The notes beneath the pieces were generated by a model. That model was not told the DNA's origin. It saw nothing but the letters and a program-made list of their open reading frames with translations, and did not search any database. A stretch of 63,554 nucleotides of DNA, counting the filler, from Bipalium vagum (Eukaryota), in the NCBI GenBank assembly GCA_037834085.1. It is 3 parts of 3 records of this genome, joined end to end, with 100 filler letters (N's around TTAATTAATTAA, not from the genome) between each part and the next. Parts side by side here need not be neighbours in the genome. Positions count along the whole stretch, not along the records: positions 46,860 to 63,554 come from JBBMKC010097847.1; 2 more parts are not named here. One strand, given 5' to 3'. Position 1 is the first letter of the stretch; the number at the start of each line of letters is the position of its first letter. The position numbers were made by a program, and so were the translations under genes. Shown here one piece after another: positions 52,349 through 63,554 of this stretch.

Positions 52349-53232
52349 TATGCTATTAGTATGATTAATATTTTTTATATGATTATGAGATACTTAAAAA
52401 TTAACAAATAATTGTTGATATTTAATTACCTTATAATTATTAATTATTAGTTTGAGAAATTAGGTAAATTATAAATAAATGTAGAAAGTAGAATTGAGCT
52501 CTATTTGAATTTTGGAGGAGCTGAGCCTAACTTTTAGCAAACTAAAGAAGATTTCAGGTTTAAACGAAATGTTAAAGCATAGAAAAAAAGAAGGGGATGA
52601 AGAAATATTTTTTCGAAGAAATACACCAATAACCCGCAGAAATACACAATTCAATTTAAGAATGTAAAGTCCAGCTATGACGATCATAAATAAATGTCAA
52701 ATTCTTAGAGTTTTTACTAGATTTCGGTAGTTATAACTCATTTGATGATAAGCGAGTATTTTATCACTGAAGACTTCGAAATTTATGTCTATCGCGGAGA
52801 ATTTTGTTTAAAGTAGAATAAAAATTGCAGGTCAAACATAAACAGGTGCTCAGATTGGATCGGAAGTCAATATAGTAGTGTAGACAATAATACTAAAGGC
52901 TATCGGGAGGACTGACATGTAGAGGAAATTTAGGTTTATCCTGCAATGTAAAGAATCAGATACAAAAGTGGAGATACGAAAGGAGATCAGTGGGCATTTA
53001 TATCAGACGCACCATTTTGGAATTTTATTCTATTAGGAAAAACATTAAAAAGACCCAAAAAACCAAAGATATTAAAAGTCAATTTTTGAGAAATATGAAG
53101 ACAAATATTAATAAAAGATTATTGTTAATTATAATGAAATATTAGTTAAAAATAAATCAAATTTCTAAAGATTTGATTGCCATTACAAATTTTCCTGCAT
53201 TTTTTTCAAAAACTTTGGAAGTTTTATATATA

Positions 53233-53352
53233 GTAGATGTTAAAATGTTGCAAAACATGAATAATATTCCAAATCCAACTAAGAGAAAAAGTAATAAGAA
53301 CTTTAGGAAAAATTTGATTATGAAATAAAATTATTTTTTAGATTCAGGATTA
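53233..53352 (+). pseudogene. C-terminal half of a second Polinton PLA2X protein
   Basis: VDVKMLQNMNNIPNPTKRKSNKNFRKNLIMK*NYFLDSGL aligns without gaps to ADVEMIHEMNNIQNPIPRENLERAIEKLIMK*KVAVGLDL from the 1-718 copy (14/31 identical up to the stop). Confidence 0.7.
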
Positions 53353-55879
53353 TTAAGAGAAGCCTGAATCTATGGCAGGCGGAAAAATATATAAAGATTT
53401 TAAAGTTTTATCTGACAACAAAAGTGAAATTCATAAAAAATTTGTCAAAATTAAAGTACCTGCACATTTAGAGGTTGTTGAATGGGGTAATAGAAAATTT
53501 TTATATTTATTACCATATTTAATTAACTTTTATAATCATGAAATTCTCAGAATAAATAAAAAATCTCCTAAAACAGGTTCAGAATTTCCTGAAAAAAATC
53601 AATTTATAATAACTGCCGTAATAGTGCGTTTGTTTAAGTTTTTCAAATTAATCAAATTATAATTATTGTATTTTTCAATACAATTTTTAAATTAACATAA
53701 AATATTTAATTTAATAAAACTAACTGTAAAAATTTCATCTGTTTAGAAGATTCCTTTTAAATCAAAATTATTGTTATTTTATTTCAATAGAATTAAATGC
53801 CTAATATTGAAAGACTTAATTTTTAAATATATTGCTACAAGTATTTACCATTTTATCCTTAAGTACCAAATTAAATTAAAACTTTTATTGTGCAACAGCT
53901 TTAAAAAAACCAAAAGAAACACAAAAACAGATTTAGAAAAAAGGAAATTGAAAAACTGAAATCAAGTGAAGCTCTTAACACCAAATGTGTACCAAAACAG
54001 ATAGCAACTGGAGCGGAACTTTCCTTCGACCCATATTTTGGAAAAGCATTAAGAGATAGAGATGCAATTTTTGTATAGTTTAGAGTATGAAAAATTAGAA
54101 AATTTGAAAAAAAGAATTATTAAAAAAATTAAGATTGTAAAACAAGGAAATGGTGTATATTTTGAATTTCAAAACTTTCAGAAATATATAAATAATTTAA
54201 AGATAAAATTAAAGAGTTTTCTTGCAGTTGAAAAAACATGAAAAGATTAAACACAGTTTGTTGGTATTCTTCGTGGAAATCTTTAACAAGAAATATAACA
54301 AAATCTGAAAACTTAGAAATCCTCTTAATCGAGTAGGGTATTTTGTTGGAGAGAAGAAATTATTATAAAAAAGAGAATTTGCAATAATATTAATTGGAAA
54401 CAAAAATTAATAAACTATCAATAATGTTATATATTTTACAATACCTGGCCATTGAAATACACTCACACAAAAAATATTGTTTTTTAATCGTAAATTCAAT
54501 TTAAAATGGTTTTAAGTAATTCATTACTAAATACAAGAATAATGATTTATTAAACTGAAAACACTAAAAAAATTTATACATGTCTATTGCACAAAAGAAA
54601 TTAGTATTTTTCCACATTCCCTTATTTTTAAGAAGTAGCTGCACTCTTGATTGAATGCTATTGACATAATGTATGACTGCCTGCTGAACATTTTTATTGT
54701 TTTGCCATAAATACTTTATTTTCTCGATCATTTCACATTTCGTAGTCATTTTTTCTAGAGCGAGCTGATTAGCTAGTATATCAATTATTTCTTAAAAAAA
54801 GGATACAGAGAAAATTGTGAAACAAAAGAATCATCAATTAGTAAAAATAATAATAACTGAATGTAAAGAAAATATTTTAAAAAATAAAATCAAGGAATAT
54901 TATTGAAAATGTAAATAAAAAAGTTTAAAAAGAATTTTTCATGATGTGAGAGCAGAATTGAAGCAAGAGATAAAAAAGACTATAAAGAGAAGATATGAGC
55001 ATCTATCTGGGAAACAAAGATTTCTATAATTTAATTTAAATTTATTACATTTTTCATTTTAAAATGTAGATAAGAACAAAATTCAAGGAGGCTAAGCCTC
55101 CCAAAATCAAAATTCAAATGATCTTAAAGAAAGAATTGAAAAATTAGAAAAATAATAGAAATAAAAAATAAATTTGAAACTAATCAATTAATTCATTGAA
55201 AAACAGAAAGAGGATTAGAACAAGATTTAACATATTTTCATAAACAAGTTCCTGATACTCTAAGCATGAATATAAAAAATTAAAAAAGATAATAAAGAAA
55301 ATATAACAGATGAAAAACCTCCAATAGATAAAACCTATTTCACTATCTTTAACTTTGGATTATTATCTGGATTGTATTTCATTTTTAACACCAACCTTTA
55401 CTCCTTCAATTATAGATAACACATCAATAATAAATGAAATCTTATTTTTAATCATTAAAAATATAAAAAATATTTTTAAAATATTCTGATCCAAAAAGCT
55501 CTCAACCAAATGATGAAAAACTATGTAAATTAACTAAAGACTTAAAATAGAAGGAAATTTTAATCCAAATAGAGTTACGTCATTTAAATAATAAAATTAT
55601 GAAAATCTAGATTTAACTAGTATAAAATATAAAAACACAATTAAACATAAATATACAATTAGAAATAGATGAACAAGAACATAAAATTTTAAAACCGAAA
55701 TATTTATTTGATCAATTTATAACTTTAAGAAAATATTTATATGCTAATAAAGTTGATCATGATAATGTTGATCACTTAATTTTAAAAATTTTAAATAAGT
55801 TATAAAACAAAAATGTGAATATATTAAAGTCAAATTTGACCTAAATTCTAATTAAAATATTTTATTTTTATTTATAAAA

Positions 55880-56657
55880 ATGTAAGAATCTCTACAAAAA
55901 ATATCAAATCTTGTATCTCAAATATTTGTCAAAATCGTTTATTGTAAAAAATAAAAACTTTGATATAATATTTAAATTAGATATACCACTGACGTTTGAT
56001 ACAGATTTTAACTATGAATTAGCTTTAATTTTTTTCAACTTATAATTCTATTTTTAATATTACTGAAAAAATAATAGAATAGATGTAACTGTTACAGATT
56101 TAAAAGGTATAAAAAGAATCTCGAAAGATAGAGATAACTCCAGGGACATATGCAATTTCTGATATATCTATATATATTGAGAATGGACTTAAAAGTATAA
56201 AAGAATTAGAACCATTAAAACCAGTAGAGTATTATAAAAATATTTATTGATAATCCAATTTTTTCAAACTGTGTAATAAAAATATCTAAAGGCTGTATTG
56301 TTTATTTTCCAGAAAATTCAATTACTGAATTGTTAGGATTTGAAAATATATCTTATAAAGAAGGTTATTATCAATCAAAACCAGTTAAAATTTCAAAGAT
56401 AAATAAAATCATGATTGATTGTAATAAAGTAGAAGAAGGATTTTATAATGGTAGAAGAACAAATATTATCTTTGACTTTCCTTCGAAGTGTTCCAAGAGA
56501 ATATAGAATCATTGAAAGACCAAAATTCCCAAGTAATTAACCTTTAATTACAAAAGATAATAATGAAATAAAATATAAGATACTTGATAATGAAAAAGAA
56601 ATAATAATTTTTAATGGAGAAGAAATCAGTTTTAATACATATTTGAAACAAGTTTGA
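55880..56657 (+). pseudogene. Polinton minor capsid protein (penton, single jelly roll), frameshifted
   Basis: LDIPLTFDTDFNYELALI..TYNSIFNITE..ITPGTYAISDISIYIE..SITELLGFE..KINKIMIDCNKVEEGFYNGRRTNIIFDF..VPREYRIIERP..KILDNEKEIIIFNGEEISFNTYLKQV*, following the Polinton penton consensus. Confidence 0.85.
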
Positions 56658-56686
56658 GTTAAAGAGATTTTTATAAAATTACAAAA

Positions 56687-56878
56687 ATGAAGAATACAAA
56701 AAATTTTTTAAAACCTAATGTAAATCTTTGTTTTGATTATGAAATAATATTTAATCATCATTCTCATTTATCACAATTTTTTAGAATGTTACTTATTGAT
56801 CCTTCTGGGTCAGGGAAAACAAATTATTTATGTAATATGCTTTTACAAGAAAACTATATAGATTACAAAATCTTATAA
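56687..56878 (+). pseudogene. Polinton A32/FtsK-like DNA packaging ATPase, N-terminal fragment
   Basis: FRMLLIDPSGSGKTNYLCNMLL...IDY, the Walker A context of Polinton ATPases (first G mutated to D); immediately follows the penton gene. Confidence 0.85.
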
Positions 56879-58434
56879 TTTTCGAAAACCGTTTTTATTA
56901 ACCAGAATTTAAATATATAAGAAATTGTTTTGAATTATCTAAAGAAGAATTGTATGAAATTTTTAAAAATAAAATAAAAATATTAAAAAATATATAAATT
57001 TGATTATTTATACAATTTTAATATCAGAGAAAAATATAAATATTTTTTATTAATTATAAAAAAAATGCCTTCAGCATTCTTAGAGTGTATGTGAAGTCGA
57101 AGTCAAAGTTGAGCTCTCATGAGGTTACCACCAAATCATGCCAAGTACATCTTAAATAAATATTTTTACTTTTTCAAATTTTTCTATTAAAAATGTCAAA
57201 ATTAAATCTTGGTTAAAAATTATTATCATCAAGAATGTGTGCTTAAGAATATAAATAATAATACTTAATTATGTCTATTAATAAATCTTGAAAAAAAATA
57301 TTATTATTATCTTTAATATTTTTAAATAATTCAATTTTATTGAATTTAAAATTTTTTTTATTTATATTTTGATATATTATATTATAAAATTTATCTCCAA
57401 ATTTAATTTCATTTATATACATAGAATCATTTCCATTAAAAAATTACTATTTATTTCATATAAAGTTTCATTAGGCTTATTTTCATTATCATTTTAAATG
57501 AGAAATTAGTTCTGTTTTAGTTTTAAAATTTTTATTTAATTCAATGCAAAGTAAATTCTCTGTGGTTTCAATGACTTTTATTATAATAAAATATAATATT
57601 AAGTAATAAATAATGAATTAATAAATTTAAAAATTCATGAAATTCCTAAAATTAAAAATTTATAAAAATTAATTAATTAATAATAATAATAACACATTAA
57701 TAATCAAAAATCAATGAAAAATCAATGAGATTTTTTTAAAAATGTGATAGTATTTGGAAAACAAACCAAATCCATATTAGTTTTAATATAAACCCAACAT
57801 AATACTGTCTTAATTCCTTAACCTTATTGTGCTGATTTGTAATTGATTCTTATAATATTATTATGTATAATAGTATTAGTATCAAATTTAACCACTACTT
57901 AATATTGCATCTGATGAAATGACGGATCATTTAATTAACGATTTTTGTGATTATTGATTTCGATTAAATAACGGTTATGTACTTAAGTTTATTATTTTTA
58001 ATCTGGTGGATTCAGTGTCAGGGAAATTTGTAATCATGTTGTCCAATGAAGTTTAACATGAAAATTATTTAAACAAAAGCGCTTCCAAAAATACATAGAG
58101 AGTAGAAAATATAATATATATAGATTAATAATTATTGGCAAAACAACCGGAATGATTGAACACTTATACTTTTCATTTTTGATCAATTCAATTATTTATA
58201 ATCAAGGAAATTTTTTGAAGACAATAAATATTTGTTCCTGATGACAGTTTCATATCTGGAAGATTTTGCCAATGGAAATAAATTTTCTATAGTTGTTAAA
58301 TTGCTGATAAAGTTAGTTTTATTGGAAATTCATGTCTAGAATATTTTAACATTTCAATAATAATAATAATCATAATAAATAATTTTAAAAGTCACTCAAT
58401 TTCAGAATTTGAATATATATATATAATATATATA

Positions 58435-59723
58435 CAGTCCCCGTCAAAAGACTGACCTCACCTTCAAAAAATTGAATTGATTTCATTATTTATCGATTGG
58501 CATGACATCAATTTAGATATAGGTATTTATATAACTCTGGCCTATATCAATTTATTGTTTTTTCATTAATATTGCGTAATTATCAATATTATTCTTGTCA
58601 AATAACTAAATACTTTTGTTTAAATAATGGCTGAATTATATGCTGAAAAAAGTGCTCAAATTTTGATTTTGCGCGACGAAGGTTATTCACAGAGACAAAT
58701 TGCGACGAGAATGAATGTGTCAATAGGAGGTGTTCGACGTTCAATTCAACGATATGACTTGGATAAATCATTCAAGTCCACGCAACGATGTGGAAGTCAA
58801 AAGTAACAACAGTTCAAACTGATAGATTGATTCATCGGTTGTCCTGTACTCGACCTTTTGCACCAACAAGTGAAATTATATCACAGCTTCCTCCAGATGC
58901 ACCAATAAGCATGAGTACGATTTCTCGTTGCACTCAAGAAGGCCTGCAATAAAGCCGAGACTTTCTTTAAAGAATGTTAAAGACCGCCTTCTCTTTTGTA
59001 ACAAATATAAGAATTGGAAGCCCACAGATTGGCACAAGGTTATTTTTTCAGACGAATGTAAGATCCAGCAATTCTCTCCCAATATTATATGCCTCTGGAG
59101 ACCTGACGACACAAGGTTTGATCCAAAATATACTGTCAAGAATGTAAAACATTCTCCTTCCGTTATGGTCTGGTCATCAATGTCATATGGTGGTGAGGGT
59201 AATTTATGTTTTGTTCCTTTTGGTACAACTACTAGATCTACGGAGTACATCGACATATTAAACCAACACCTGCCAATTGAAACTGGTAAAATCTTTCAGC
59301 ATGTCATACAGCCAAGACTGTAAAAGAATTTATCTTTCTTAACAATATGGAGGTACTTTGTCCATGGCCTTGAAATTCCCCCGACCTCTCACCAATTGAA
59401 AACTGCTGGTCCGAATTGAAGAAAAACGTCTCAAATCTCAATCAGACAACAATTAATGACCTAAAATACGAAAAATAATCAAGTTTAGAGAAATGATATC
59501 TTGCCTGATTATTGCAAACATTCAATTGAGTCAATGCCTATTCGAATTGCGGCAGTTATTAAAGGTAAAGGACAGATCACAAAATATTAAATTTTTTTTA
59601 TAATGTTCATTCATGATAAATGTTGTACATACTATATACATTTTTGGAATTAATACTTCTTTTCAAATGTAAAATAGAAATTTACATTTTTTGAAGGTGT
59701 GCTCAGACTTTTGACGGGGACTG
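58435..59723 (+). mobile_element. Full-length Tc1 element (1289 bp) with frameshifted transposase (~58627-59590)
   Basis: TIR CAGTCCCCGTCAAAAG.CTGA.C.CACCTTCAAAAAA at both ends with TA flanks; EGYSQRQIA, WHKVIFSDECK, VMVW, WP*NSPDLSPIENCW. Confidence 0.95.
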
Positions 59724-59729
59724 TATATA

Positions 59730-61044
59730 CAGGGTCTTCCAAAAGAAGTTTTACTACTTTAAGTCGCTATTTCTCCGTACATAAAAATTAAAAAGCCAAT
59801 TCATTTTATTTTTACCTTTATTTAAACACAGATATTACAAAAAATTATATTTTAAATATGATTTCATTAAAATGACCGCCTCTGGCATCTTTACAAGTTT
59901 TGGCTATTTTTATGGAATTTTGCATAACTTTTTGGCATAAGTCAAACGAAATCATAGCGATTTGTTCCGAAATGTTGTTTTTGAGTTGTGCAATAGTTTT
60001 TACTTGATTATTATTAATTTATCTTTTAGATATCCCCATAAGAAATAGTCCGGAGCCGTCAAATCAAGAGATCTGGAAGGCCAATCAACATCACCGAAAC
60101 ATAATATCATGCCAGATGGAAACGTTTCGTGTAATAAAGCAATTGTTTTCCTATTTGTATTGGATGTGGCATCATTTTGCTGAAAGTAAATATTATCCAC
60201 ATTAAAATCATTCAGATAAGGCTTAAAGAATGTTTCTATCCTGTATCGATATCTCTCCCGTTACCGTAACTGTTTTACCTGCAGCATTTTAGAAAAAAGT
60301 ATTGACCAATTACACCTCTTGCCCATATTCCACACCATACAGTAACTTTTAGCGAATGTAATGCTTATTCCTTCAAAACATAGGGTTGCTTTGTTGCCAA
60401 AATTCGACAATTTTGTTTATTTAAAAACACCTTCACTCAAGTGAAAATGACTTTCATCAGTCATAAAGATTTTTTTCCAAAAATGAGGATCCGCAATTGA
60501 TCTTTCTAACAACTAATTACAATAATTTAGGCGACTTTGATGGTCTGATTCTTTAAGCTTTTAAACTACGGTAAGCTTATAGGCTTTCATATGCAAATCT
60601 TCATGCATTACCGGCGACAAACTGGATTTTGAGAGGTTTAATTCCTGTACTCTATGACTGATTGAGGTGCATTTATTGTCTTCAATGCTTTTTCGTGTAC
60701 TTGCAATATTTACAGGTATACGCGCAGATCGAAGTCGTCCAGATTTTGGTCTATCTGCTACCGAGCCAAATGTTTCAAAAGCATTAACAAGACTGTAAAT
60801 TGTTGGTTTCGATGGACATTTGTTTTTCCCAAATTTTGCATTTCATTTTTTAACAGTTACTGAAATTGAACTAACGCTTTGATAAAATATTTTGACAATT
60901 TCTGCCCGTTGTTACATATTATAATGATCCATATTTAATTTTCAAATGTTTAGCCAGAATAATGTTAAATATTAATTTATTTAAACAAAAACTACCTAGT
61001 ATTTAATATGTTAAAAGTAGTAAAGCTTCTTTTGGAAGACCCCG
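59730..61044 (-). mobile_element. Full-length DD41D (rosa/Visitor-type) element (1315 bp), pseudogenised
   Basis: TIR CAGGGTCTTCCAAAAGAAG.TTTACTACTTT with TA flanks; FETFGSVADRPKSGR, IFMTDESHFHL..NKQNCRI, VTVWCG, YFQQNDAT, WPSRSLDLTAPDYFLWGYLK. Confidence 0.93.
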
Positions 61045-62456
61045 TACAACTGGCAATAAAATTAACACTCTCTTTTAAGTCTCACAAGTTCGCAAAATAC
61101 AATAAAATAATCTTTTGCTTAATGTAACGAGTTAGTAATTGTTATAACAGTCCGCTAATGCATATGTAATGAAATAATGTAATGATGTATAAAATAACGG
61201 TTAAATAAGTAACAGACAAAGATAAACTAATAAAGTTAAAGAAAATTATTATAAACACCAAAAAGAAAATGATACATTCACCAGTGAGAATAATGGCTTC
61301 TTAGGTTGTCAGTTAGTCCCTTTCAAAGCTCACCAGGACTCATTGAAATCCTGTCGCATAGAATGACATACGTAATTGAGGATTTATTACTTAAAAGAGT
61401 AAGTTCCTGGCTTCCGAATATTTTAACTTAAAAATATTCGTAATATAATATTCAATATTCTATTTATTCTGAGCAGTTCTCAGTAGATTCATTCCTTAAA
61501 TATTTATCTCTTTCACTAACTCAGTCGTTCGAAAATCAAATTTTGAGCGACAATTATCGCCCTTTAATTTTTCATATTTTTCCTTTTATTATCATGAGCT
61601 TTGACTGAATCCTAACTTAAAGGAAAAACATCTTATTTGTTCCTAGTTGCAGACTTATCTAAAGATAAAAATAACATTTATATTATTATTATTATTATTA
61701 ATCGGACTATATTGTGGTCTTAATCTCATTTGGATCCTTATTAGTCTTAAGGTTTTAAACTTTGGGTAGTGCCTTCGGGAAACCCAATAATATATTCTTT
61801 AGTTTCATTATTCAAAAATAGATTTAAATTTGAAAACACTACTAACAATAACATCACCAGTCTTTATATTCAAATGATTGTAAAATCATTTCGTAAAACA
61901 TGTTTCGCTAAATGTTATTCAATGAATTTTGGTGATATCTTATTATTTTATTATAAAAGTGGCGATTGAAATTCATCCCAAAAACAATTTATAATTAATA
62001 ATCTTAAATAAATAATATTTATTTAAAACAGTTATTAACATTCGAGAAAGAGATTTGATACACATGATGACACCTTGTTTCTAGAATTACCATTTTATTA
62101 TAGTAATAAAAATCAGAAAATAAAATGTGGGACAATCGGATTAGAACAAAGCCACTTCAAAATACTTAATTTTAATATCTCACAGACAGTTTAACTTCTT
62201 GGAAATAAAGGATTCCACTGATCAACAAACTTCTAGACTTAACAGTTACCAAAGACATCTCTTGATAAATATAATCTAAAATGAAAAGAACAAAACCCTT
62301 TGTTAAATTTATCATTACTTTCAATCTCCGGCAACTTCATGACAAAGAGATTTGAGTAAATTAAAATGTTCCAAAAATATTTGAAATGAAAATGAAAATC
62401 AATCAATTTAAAGGTGATAACATTAATTAGTAACAAATATCAAATAATATTTTCGT

Positions 62457-62760
62457 TCAGCTGATATGGCAAATAATCACCCAGTTTTTGACCATACCAA
62501 TTTGATTTGATATGTCAGAAGACTGGCATTGGATTGATGTACGTTCTTTGAGATAACATCTCTTCATTATTACGACCCTTTTTTTTATGACGATTGTAAT
62601 CAATTGGTCATCATCGAAAATGGATGACTGACCTGTATGTAGAGTGTCTTGAAGGTTGAATGTGCCATTTTTGAATTTCTCGTCCAACTTTTGACCTCGA
62701 TTAAAATAAAATATCAATAAGTAGCAGATATGGTGAACCTGATCAAATTGGAATTGCATT
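62457..62760 (-). mobile_element. Mariner N-terminal (HTH) remnant
   Basis: HICYLLIFYFNRG...KFKNGTFNLQDTLHTGQSSIFDDDQL...NQIGMVK. Confidence 0.7.
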
Positions 62761-63395
62761 TCAAAGCTGTCAAATTTAAATAAAATTACATAAACTGTAC
62801 TGTTCTTTTGTAGAGCAGAATAATATGTTTCAAATAAATGTGTTTGGTATTAAAAAAATATGATACCGTAAAACAAAACCATAAAATAATAAAATCAAGT
62901 AAAATTATGTTACAACTCAAGATATGCGCAACAGCTTATGTTTGAGAAAACAATTGTTCATGGGAACTCGCGCACATAGAAAACTAAACATATTTAATGA
63001 ATGGTTATCCAATTTTTGATGAAATTATTTAATAAATTGAATTAATTATTTTATATAAATTTTAATTAAATAAATTTTTATTGTTACCGTGGGTAAATAA
63101 ATTAAAAAGCTCAAATAGTAAAAATTCTCTTTATTAAAAAGATAAAAAATATTTTGGATAAACTGTTGATTTTCACTTTTATTCTGAAATGTTAACTGGA
63201 TAAACATGATTCATGGTGGGCTGTTTAAGTTTAAAGACCAATGATTAGAAAAATACAGGTGACCCATTCCATGTTATCAAACTATCAAAGTACATATATT
63301 AAGACCTTTAAATCTGAAATGAAATATCATGAAATTGAGTGTTATGAAAACGAAAATGCTGTGGACATTATTCAATTTCATTGTAGAGAAACATG

Positions 63396-63437
63396 TACTA
63401 CTACTAATAATAACAATAATAATAATAATAATAATAA
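63396..63437. repeat. (ACT)3(AAT)n microsatellite
   Basis: Direct reading; it accounts for the poly-Asn run in the 63241 ORF. Confidence 0.85.
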
Positions 63438-63554
63438 TTTTTGCAGCGTTAGGTACGTAAGATTATTTTTCCTGAAAATAAAATAAGGTTTTTCTCTGAT
63501 GCCTGTGCAGGGCGTGATAAATTAATATTTTTTCCATATTGATTTTTCTCGGAT

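Larger units (their letters stand above)
53010..56990 (+). mobile_element. Degenerate Polinton/Maverick (adintovirus-like) segment: PLA2X tail, unassigned ORFs, minor capsid protein, packaging ATPase
   Basis: Three recognisable Polinton genes co-oriented on + (listed separately), with K/E/N-rich broken ORFs between them. Confidence 0.8.

Noticed and set aside
57780-58060. Possible Polinton cysteine protease remnant on - (IKTVLC...)
   Set aside because: The catalytic His/Trp block is not recognisable; too decayed to call.
58232-58290. CTGATGA-CAG...CTG-GAAG hammerhead-like segment
   Set aside because: GAAG instead of GAAA, and stems I and III cannot form.
61769-61783. GTGCCTTCGGGAA match to a bacterial 16S rRNA helix
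   Set aside because: Only ~13 nt with no flanking rRNA similarity; not an rRNA gene or contamination.

Overview
Very AT-rich eukaryotic (metazoan) genomic DNA with short and very long GT-AG introns, (AAT)n tracts and dense DNA-transposon relics. The style suggests a free-living flatworm (planarian), but this is inference only. Host genes, all on the + strand: (1) a complete two-exon listerin/LTN1 E3 ligase (5717-10683, ~1636 aa); (2) one intact, apparently orphan exon of inositol polyphosphate multikinase (IPMK, 14332-14508); (3) four coding exons of a GW182/TNRC6 (Gawky) miRNA-effector gene (23649-43774, including the PAM2 motif; RRM exons not seen). Two relics of Polinton/Maverick (adintovirus-like) endogenous viruses are present. 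At 1-718 (-) a parvovirus-type phospholipase A2 (PLA2X) domain runs in frame into a retroviral-type integrase through a single TGA. At ~53-57 kb (+) lie a second PLA2X tail, a minor capsid (penton) gene and a packaging ATPase gene. Both PLA2X copies have a stop at the same codon, inside a motif that continues past it, which is the most intriguing signal (possible readthrough junction). The rest is mostly IS630-Tc1-mariner/pogo elements (mariner DD34D, Tc1/Tc3, maT, DD41D, IS630-like, pogo/Tigger), MITEs, a solo-LTR-like element, and hAT and LINE remnants. Two 100-bp gaps contain an artificial TTAATTAATTAA linker, so contiguity across 18290-18389 and 46760-46859 is not guaranteed. All translations and alignments were done by eye and family calls rest on recalled motifs; no database search was run.
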